64,000 nt of DNA from Selaginella moellendorffii (taxonomy: Eukaryota; Plantae; Lycopodiophyta): NCBI RefSeq assembly GCF_000143415.4, contig NW_003314285.1:331102-395101 (forward strand). The letters are read 5' to 3'. The stretch's first letter is position 1; each line of letters begins with the position of its first letter. Below the pieces are notes generated by a model, which worked only from the letters and a program-made list of their open reading frames with translations, was not told the origin of the DNA and searched no databases. The position numbers and the translations under genes are program-made. Below, piece by piece: positions 56,485 to 64,000 of the stretch.

Positions 56485-57979
56485 TTAGAGCTGATAGATG
56501 AAAAGCTAGCAGCTGGAAATAATGTGAGGCCACACGCCATTCACCACTGCATTAGATGTCTTGAGGCTGCATCCTAAGATGGCATGAGGCTACACGCCAT
56601 CTGTAACCGAACTGCACTCGAGAGCCCAATCGGTGCATGCCAATGTTGCTACTGAATGGCATGTGGCCTCATGCCATTTTCTACTTGGCCTAAAAGACTT
56701 ACCATTTGAAGCAGAATGGAGGCGTGACAATTGAGGCCGGACTCGCTGGCGAATGTACACTGTGTGTGTAGCGGATCGTAGCAGCAAGGCTACTTTGCCA
56801 CTTACAGTTGGAGAGTGGCGCTGAAATCTCCCAGGACGCCAAGTGGGTTGCATGTGGGTGGCGGAGTGGGCGGCGGAGTTGGCGGCGAAGTTACAAACTG
56901 GGTGTGTCTTGAAGTGGACGCCGATGCACACAAGCGCGATGCGAGCGCGAGTGTGATGCAAGCGCGAGTGGACGCCGATGCACACGAGAAACCTGTAGAG
57001 AAGGTAGATGAGTGCGAATGTGAGCGTGATCGCGAGTGGGAGCACGATGCGAGCGCGAGTGTGCGAGCGCGAGTACGAAGCAAAATGCAAAACCTAACCT
57101 CACACGCGCGAAATGTCACGACGGTTGGTAATCCCGCCATGTCATCATTCCTCGGACTTGGGCGCCACCATTAATTTCTGGATCGCCGCGCGCATGCATG
57201 CACGTGAAATCCAAAAGAAATCCGCAACGTCATCATTCCTCGGACTGCATGCACGTGAAATCCAAAAGAAAGATCATGATTGGGATATCATTTAATACCC
57301 TCGCTATATTTATACCATGCATGATTGGATATTCCAAAGCATCTTGTATTTCCAAAAATGCCAGATGTTCAGCTAAATAAATTGTCAGAGGATTTGATGT
57401 GACGTTCAAGCGTGTGGGCTCATGCAATTTTGATCCCAAAAAATGCACCAAAAAATGCTCGGCGTCATCTGGCGTTATCTCTTGAATGGCGTGGGGCCGC
57501 ATGCCATTTTCAGGGGCACATAGGAGTATATTCCTAGAATATTTTAACACGCGCGAGATTGTTTTGAGTTTTCTAGAGATCCAACCGTTAGATCGCAACT
57601 AGATTTTACAGAATGGTATACAATGTCCTTCTTGATGACCTTGCAAAGAAGCATTCGATCGGACACCACATGAGACCACACAAGCCTTACAATGTTTCAG
57701 GGGCATTTGCCATAGATCCGACCGTTATTTTTTTCCAAGATTCTACAGTTTAGTGTGCATTGACCTTTCCATCGACACTGCAAAGGGACATCACAATCAG
57801 ATGTGGGATCACAAGAAACCAACTTCACTAACTCTGGTTTCACCAAGATCTACGTAAGGAGTTATGAAATGAAAGGACCCTCTTTATTGAAATGTGTTTA
57901 TGGTCCTAGGGGCATTGTGACATATCAAAGGATTTTGCATCAAGTTCTGTATTTGCATGTTTATCAAGCTACTGAATTG

Positions 57980-58006
57980 CTAAACCCTAAACCCTAAACC
58001 CTAAAC
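57980..58006 (+). repeat. Interstitial plant telomeric repeat (CCCTAAA)n
   Basis: CTAAACCCTAAACCCTAAACCCTAAAC. Confidence 0.9.
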
Positions 58007-59251
58007 ATGTGGCAAATGCTGCGTGAAGAAAGATGCCCTTTCTGGGCAAATACTGTAAGAGGCAGATGCCGAGCAGATGTATCTCAGGCTAGCGAAGGGG
58101 ACAAACAAAAGCTAGCTATAAACATGACGGGATGCAAATAGATTACTAGGCTGGTCCTGCGAAAATCAAAAACCATAATTGAAAACATTGAAAATGCAAA
58201 AAGAAAGGTTTATAATATTTTTGAATTTTAAGCAACCAAAGGAATGTAAGTAAGGCATGTGTTTGTAAGTTTAAAAATGCCTCAACCACTTAAATTCCCA
58301 AGTAAATAAAGCTGTTTCTATTTTTGGTACAGGTAAACTTTATAGCATGTGGGCTCATGCAATTTTGAACCCAAAAATGCACCAAAAAATGCTCGACTAG
58401 CATTATTCTTTGAATGGCATGTGGCCTTATATTGCCATAAATGGACGTACACACACAGCATAATTATTCCTTTACACGGCGAATAATCTTGGCGCGGATC
58501 GCTGACACGGCATGGCAAAGTTCGAATCACTGACATGGCACAGCTGGATCGAGGCAAGGACATGATGTGACAAAGTTCAACCTCCGACAGCATAGTCTTG
58601 AAGCTACTCAGTTTGAAATTTGTCAGAGGAATCATAAGATCTGGTTTGTCAGAGGATTTGATGTGACGTTCAACCGTGTGTTATTTTTGAATTCTCGAAC
58701 TCATTCCTAGGTCTATCATTTTTGTGTGCCATGTTCTTGGTTCCGCTGAGCGCAGTGAGCGCTGCTTGTGTAAGCGGCGTTGTGAGCTGTGGTTTATGCG
58801 TCTACAAGCGGTTGCGGCATTGCGAGCGCCATTGCGAGTGGCAGTTTATGCGAGTGGCAGTTTGTGCGAGCGGCGCTACGAGCAGTTGCGGTGTTGCGAG
58901 CGGCACTGTCTTTGGTGTGGCTACCGCTTCCTCTTGATATTCGGCACTTGTGCTTCCTGGTATGTTCACCATGGAATGGCTTAGGACCACATTTAGAAAT
59001 GGCATGAGGCCTTATGCCATTAGTGGTACCACTAATGGCATGAGGGCTCATACCAATTTTGTGAATGCGAAATTTCACGTGGGTGTCAATAGCATGTTTG
59101 AATAATGGCATGTGGCCTTATGCTATTTGGTATGTTATGATTTAGGCCATTCTCCAATCATTTTTTGTATGGTCTTAACTTCTTTTCTGCACTTTCAGAA
59201 TGGCCTTCAGGGTTGGGGAAAAGGTTTACATTTTGAATCTGCACTTTCAGA

Positions 59252-62200
59252 ATGGCCTTCAGGGTTGGGGAAAAGGTTTACATTTTGAATGGTGGGAAGA
59301 GAGTTGCAAAAGGGACCCTTATGTCTATGGATCGGAACTTTGTTATACACTGTCAAAGGCTTGGGGAAGGCAATGCTGCTGTATCAGTAGAGACTGTCTT
59401 CGATGGGAATGTGGTCGCTATTGAACGAGGAGAGATGGTCGTCGGGGTAAATGTTGTTGTTGCCTTGAAAAATCTGCAAAAGAAAGCAGATGTTGGGGAC
59501 AGCGCAAGTGCGACGCATGTTCCCTCCGTGGATCTTAAGAACCGTGCTACATGGATTCAGGCAAAGGTGTTTCTAAACAACCTCGAGGGGGAGGTGGTAG
59601 CTGAGGGCTTAGCCACAGTTGTCGATCCAAGAGATGCGGTTGCTAATCAAGAATTGGGCTGGGATGATATTGGAGTTGCAATTTTAGAGGTTGTTGACAC
59701 AGAAGAAAACAGTCTGACTATTGGAAGCATTGTGCGGTGGAAATTGAGGCACTTAGTGTTTGAGAATGTGAAGGATTCACAATCAAACACCACTACAACT
59801 GATGACAGAACATCTCTTCATGGGAAAAGAAAGTACACCTTCCTAAAGCGCAGCCAAAGGGATCTGAGCAACGAACCGAAAAGGCAGAAAATGGCGATGG
59901 AGGTTCGAATGGTCTCGACAGTTGCTTGTTGCAAGAGGAGGTGCTGTCAACATGCTGATTGGGATGCTATTGAAGAGGAGAGAGCAAGATACAAGACATT
60001 GTCCTAGAAGGCAGCTCGCAATTTTGTGTATGAGGCATTACGGTCATCTGTTGATGCTTCAGAACATCAGGTGGGGGGCATGGTTTTCCAGAGGTGTTTG
60101 GTCTGCATGAAGGCATGGAGAATCATTTATGGAGTCCCTCGAAACACATTCTACAGAATCAAAACTGAGTTCGAGGAACAAAGGGTTCAACAGGTAGTCC
60201 ATGGGAACGACGGTACGCACAAAACCAAGGGTCATGTTGTATATGGAGAGGCAATCTTCAAGAGGTTTGTTGAGACATGTAGCGAGCAGCAACCACATAA
60301 AACCCGCCTCTTGGAAGATGGAACACGAGACACCCAACGAGTTCTCCCTTCCATGTATACCAAGGGGGCCATATTGGAAGATGTGAATCGGGAACTCCAG
60401 AGTAATGGCTACAGGAAGCTGAGCCAATCTAGATTTAGTAGATTGTGGAGCAACAGGTTTAGGGATGTGAGTATAGGAAAGTACTCCAGCTTTTCAAAGT
60501 GTGACGAGTGGACTGCTATCAAAATGGCTTTGTCGAAGAATTCTTGCAGCGCTCAAGAGCGAGAGACGTTGGTTAGAAGGCGGCTCGACCACAATATCGA
60601 GCAGAGAAGCTGTAGGACTGCATATTATCATAACAGGATTCTCTCCATGGAGAGACCTGACTCTTACCTCTGCATCATCCACGACAAAATGGACTAGAAA
60701 AAGACGTGCTTACCTCGACTCAATCCTGCCCTCAAGGCAATCTCTTCATCCATGCAGCTGCCTGTGTCTCTGTTTGGCATAATCGCTCATGGGCATGGTG
60801 CCCAGAACTATGGGAACTTCTTTGTACCTCTATGGGGTGGCGGGGGTGCAAACATGATGATTGCGTCCCTAGCAAAACACTTAAGGTCTCTACAAAGTGC
60901 GCAGACTGAGCTGAACGGCCAACCCTTGCATAAGGCCCTTGTCGATCGAACCCCATACAGGGTTCAGCTGGAGGAGGAGCAAAGGCTTGCAGTATCGCGT
61001 GGGGCCCCATGCCATCCCAGTGAATATGTTGGCCGTCAGATTGTAGGGTTATCATGTGAGGCCTCATGCCATTCCAACGAGGCTGGTCGCCCGGTGAATG
61101 CACAGCCTCATCCAAACGAAGCAGAATCTCAAGGAAGTTCTTGCGGCCGATGTGGCCTTCCACCCCATCTTCTGCTCCAAACAGACAATGCTGGCAGTGA
61201 GAACAAAAACATGTACGTTTTCGTGTACTTGGCGATGCTTGTTGCCAAAGGCATATTTGAAACGGTTACACTTGGCTTTCTCATGGTTTGGCACACTCAT
61301 GAAGACGTCGATGCCATGTTCAGTCATCTGGAAGAGTCCCTCCGGCGATCCAATGTCCTCACCCTCCCACAACTCTACGATGAATTCCAAAATTGCATCA
61401 AAGGCACTGTTGAAGCTGCACTTGTGACAGAGGTTCCAGACTTTAAGGGGTTTGTAAGAGGCTACATCAGGGACGGATCCGAAATGCTGATTGGCCACTC
61501 CAAGCCTCTTCAGTTTCATTTCAGCATGCGTGACGGTGCTCCAGTGATGAGGTACAAGATGAGAGAATGGGACACACTGTGGCTGCCAGTGGACGGCATT
61601 GAACTCTTCAAGAGAGATCCCATAACTGGGGAACCTATGATTCCTCAGGGTTCCCCACGGCCGATGCACCCGGATGGACTCAAAGACCAGGAAAGTATAG
61701 TGGCCGGGATTAGACAGCATATTGCCTTCTGGAAGAGGGGGTTGGTGTTTGGTGGAGAATCCTATTTTAAGAGGTGCAAGCCTTTGCTCAAATACTGGGA
61801 GAAGATTATATCTGCTATCCAAAATGGGCCGGTTGTATATGAAGAATTGGAAGAGTCCTTTTGGCTAGAACCCAGAGCACCAGATAGTAGCGGAATAATG
61901 TCCTCTGGAAATGCAGTGACAGATAACGATGTTGAGGATCACTATTGTGGGCTGAGGAACAAGAAGCCAGATTCAGCATTCAATCCAGTATAGGTCTGCA
62001 AAGGAATGGTCGTGCTTGTCAGACCCAGTAATAAAAAACAAATGATATGGGTGGGGCGCTGCATCACTGATGCAGAGGAGGACACGGAAACTAACTCCTT
62101 CAATGTAACTGTGGAGTGGTTCAAGCCAAGTTCCGGATATACAAAGGATTGCCTAGAAAAGAGATGGGTGCTGAATCCAAGGGATCCCAGCATGAGCATA

Positions 62201-62393
62201 TCGGTGGATAATGTTGTGCATGGTTGGATGCGGAAGCAGAGTGCCACCATCACCTTGCCAGACCATGCAAGAGATGCAGCAAGAGCATTCATAACCCGGG
62301 TTCAAGGTGAGATTTATTAATATTCCTTTACTAAGTTTCTAATGTATTTTATTTCAAGGTGAACAATCCGAATCTGAATCAGAGGAGGCGTGA
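59252..62393 (+). pseudogene. Sola-like transposase (~1020 codons), broken by three in-frame TAGs
   Basis: ORFs at 59252, 60026, 60752 and 62006 share one frame. Motifs FSKCDE, CIIHDKMD(Q), LLLQTDNAGSENKN, FLMVWHTHEDVDAMFS. Probable last intron ~62307-62358. Confidence 0.85.
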
Positions 62394-63016
62394 TGGCATG
62401 GCGTGATGGTGTGAGGCGTGACACCAAAAAGGAGGTGTCCACTAGCGCTTAGGTTTATAATGGTGTGTGCCCTCAGGCCTTTTACTAAATCACCTTTGAA
62501 AGAAATGCAAGCCTCTATGTCGTAAAAAAAAGGTACTAGAGAAATTCCTTAATAATATGAATGTTATTTAGTTTCATGAAAATACACTAAGGGTCAAATG
62601 AGTTAAATGACTTCTCCAGACTAGCAATGCCTCTTGCTACACCTTCACAATTAGATTCGTTAGAAAAAGATAACATTGAATAATATCTAAATGTTCTCAC
62701 CATTAAGTTATATGTCTGGCTATGACGTTCATCTTGGAAAGCTCACCACACGCTCAATGAACAAACAAATAGTGTGTGCGCGCATGCCATCGCTCTTCTT
62801 TAGCTTCAGATTCGGCTTGTTCACCTTGACAATGAGATTTATTATACAACCAGATGGACTCAGTCTGGACACAAAGTCACCGCGCTAGTCACCATGCCCC
62901 AGATATGTCTAGCCCCTGGACAAAAAACATATAATTTCACGTCATTTTCAAATACTTGAAAATTTGTACCTAGTCCTATTTTACTGAATAAATCCCACTT
63001 TAACGAAATAGAGCTT

Positions 63017-63287
63017 ATTTACGGAATGTAAAGATTATCCTGAATACAATGGTGTTCATCCCATGCCCAAATTCGCAATCTAGCATAATTTCATATTTAT
63101 TAAGTTTCGAGTTAGTCTTAGAGACTAACTTTTGGTACTAAGGGTGGCTAAGGGTGAAAGCCCAAAGCATGCTCCAAATGTAAAATAGGGATAGTGGGTG
63201 GGGGTGGTTCTAAATGTATAATAAGGATAGTGGGTAGGTTAAGTATAATTAACCAATTTAAAGCATAATTTAGCTCTTGCTTGCATG
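63017..63287 (+). mobile_element. Family A LTR relic, right part
   Basis: ATTTACGGAATGTAAAG... continues the reverse-complement LTR A sequence from 50643. Confidence 0.85.
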
Positions 63288-64000
63288 TGTGGGACATAAA
63301 TCCCTAAGCCCCAAAGTGGAGCTAAAAGGGTGCCATATGGTAGTGGCCGAAGCGAAAGCCAAACGAGCGTAACATGTTTGGACTAAAAGGCTCTGACTTG
63401 AAAGGTTGAGATCGGGAGTGGAATTCCCAACAAAGTGCTCAAGAAACAAGCATGAAGTGAGTAATAAAAGAGTCTAAGATGGACCCGAGATGGAGTCCGA
63501 GATGGACCTAAGATAGAGTCTGAGATGGAGTCCAAGATGGAGTCCAAGATGGACCCGAGATGGAATTTGAGATGGAGTCCGAGAAGGACCCGAGATGGAG
63601 TCCGAAGTCAAGACCGAGATCGAGACTGAGACTGGGACCAAGACCGAGACTGGGACCGAGACCGGGACCGAGACTGAGGCTGAGGCCGAGGCCGAAACCG
63701 AGCCCAAGCCTGAGTCTAAGTCCAAGTCCTAGTCCGAGTCCGAGTTTGAGTTCGAGTCTGAGAGGGTGAAAGCCCAAAGCATTTGTCTCCCAGACCCTGA
63801 GGGGTTTGGTGAGCTCCAAAAGTATAGTAGGGGGAGGACTCTAGTGGAGCCAGTTTGGCCAGGAAAGGCCAGTTTGGCCCAAGAAGGCTGTGCCCAAGTG
63901 TTGGGTGACGAGATAACCACTGGGAGGTCCAAGGCTAGAGTGAATATGGACTGTCAAGTGGGGTAGCTTGGTGAAGTGTTCAAGAGCCGGCTCTAGTTCC
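63288..64000. mobile_element. Family B LTR (inverted relative to 22848-24493), nested in the LTR A relic, runs off the window
   Basis: Starts TGTGGGACAT; homologous to 24493-23590 reversed, including the (TCCGAG)n hexamer array. Confidence 0.9.

Larger units (their letters stand above)
50738..62791. repeat. Dispersed 24-bp palindrome AATGGCRTG-N6-CAYGCCATT (~20 copies)
   Basis: Copies start at 51029, 52106, 52181, 53413, 53604, 53745, 55244, 56518, 56578, 56655, 57485, 58413, 58998, 59034, 59104, 60993, 61050, 62459 and 62768. Partial copies at ~50740, 57664, 58975 and 62405. Confidence 0.92.
50644..63016 (+). mobile_element. 12.4-kb Sola-like DDD/E DNA transposon with cargo gene
   Basis: TIRs AAGCTTTATTTCGTTAAAGTGGGA / TCCCACTTTAACGAAATAGAGCTT and 4-bp TSD ATTT. 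Excision restores the family A LTR sequence. Superfamily assignment rests on transposase motifs and the 4-bp AWWT TSD. Confidence 0.88.

Noticed and set aside
59252-62320. Stop-codon recoding or U-to-C RNA editing of the TAGs
   Set aside because: Reverse editing is organellar. Methylcytosine deamination explains CAG-to-TAG changes more simply.
50738-62791. CRISPR-like array of palindromic repeats
   Set aside because: Spacing is irregular (tens of bp to kb), copies lie in introns and exons, the context is eukaryotic, and there are no cas genes.

Overview
Eukaryotic, transposon-rich plant nuclear DNA. PLS-class PPR fragments, class III peroxidases, ~47-70 nt introns and CCCTAAA repeats point to a compact land-plant genome such as the lycophyte Selaginella (inference). 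Host genes: one intact class III peroxidase (12275-13361, -) and its frameshifted twin (37707-38780, +) in a ~6.9-kb inverted duplication, an alcohol dehydrogenase-like gene, a C2H2-ZnF/PARP-like gene, and pseudogenes of an ATM3-type ABC transporter, a PPR gene, another peroxidase and tRNA-Pro. Retroelements: Ty3 gag plus LTR, two solo-LTR families, a 7.45-kb decayed LTR element, a 702-bp TRIM, and a 5S-rRNA-containing (Cassandra-like) solo LTR. Main observation: two unrelated ~12-kb DNA transposons each carry, divergently from the transposase, an intron-containing gene for a ParB/Srx-like domain plus a beta-class N6/N4 DNA-methyltransferase-like fold. One is MULE-like (14828-26938). The other is Sola-like (50644-63016, TIRs and ATTT TSD confirmed by an empty-site reconstruction). 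In the Sola-like element this gene appears spliced onto an FCP1/SCP-like HAD domain. That element also carries ~20 copies of a 24-bp palindrome (AATGGCRTG-N6-CAYGCCATT), several inside the gene's tiny introns. This is a candidate ParB/parS-like self-recognition or anti-silencing module. All domain calls are from manual motif reading; no database search was run.
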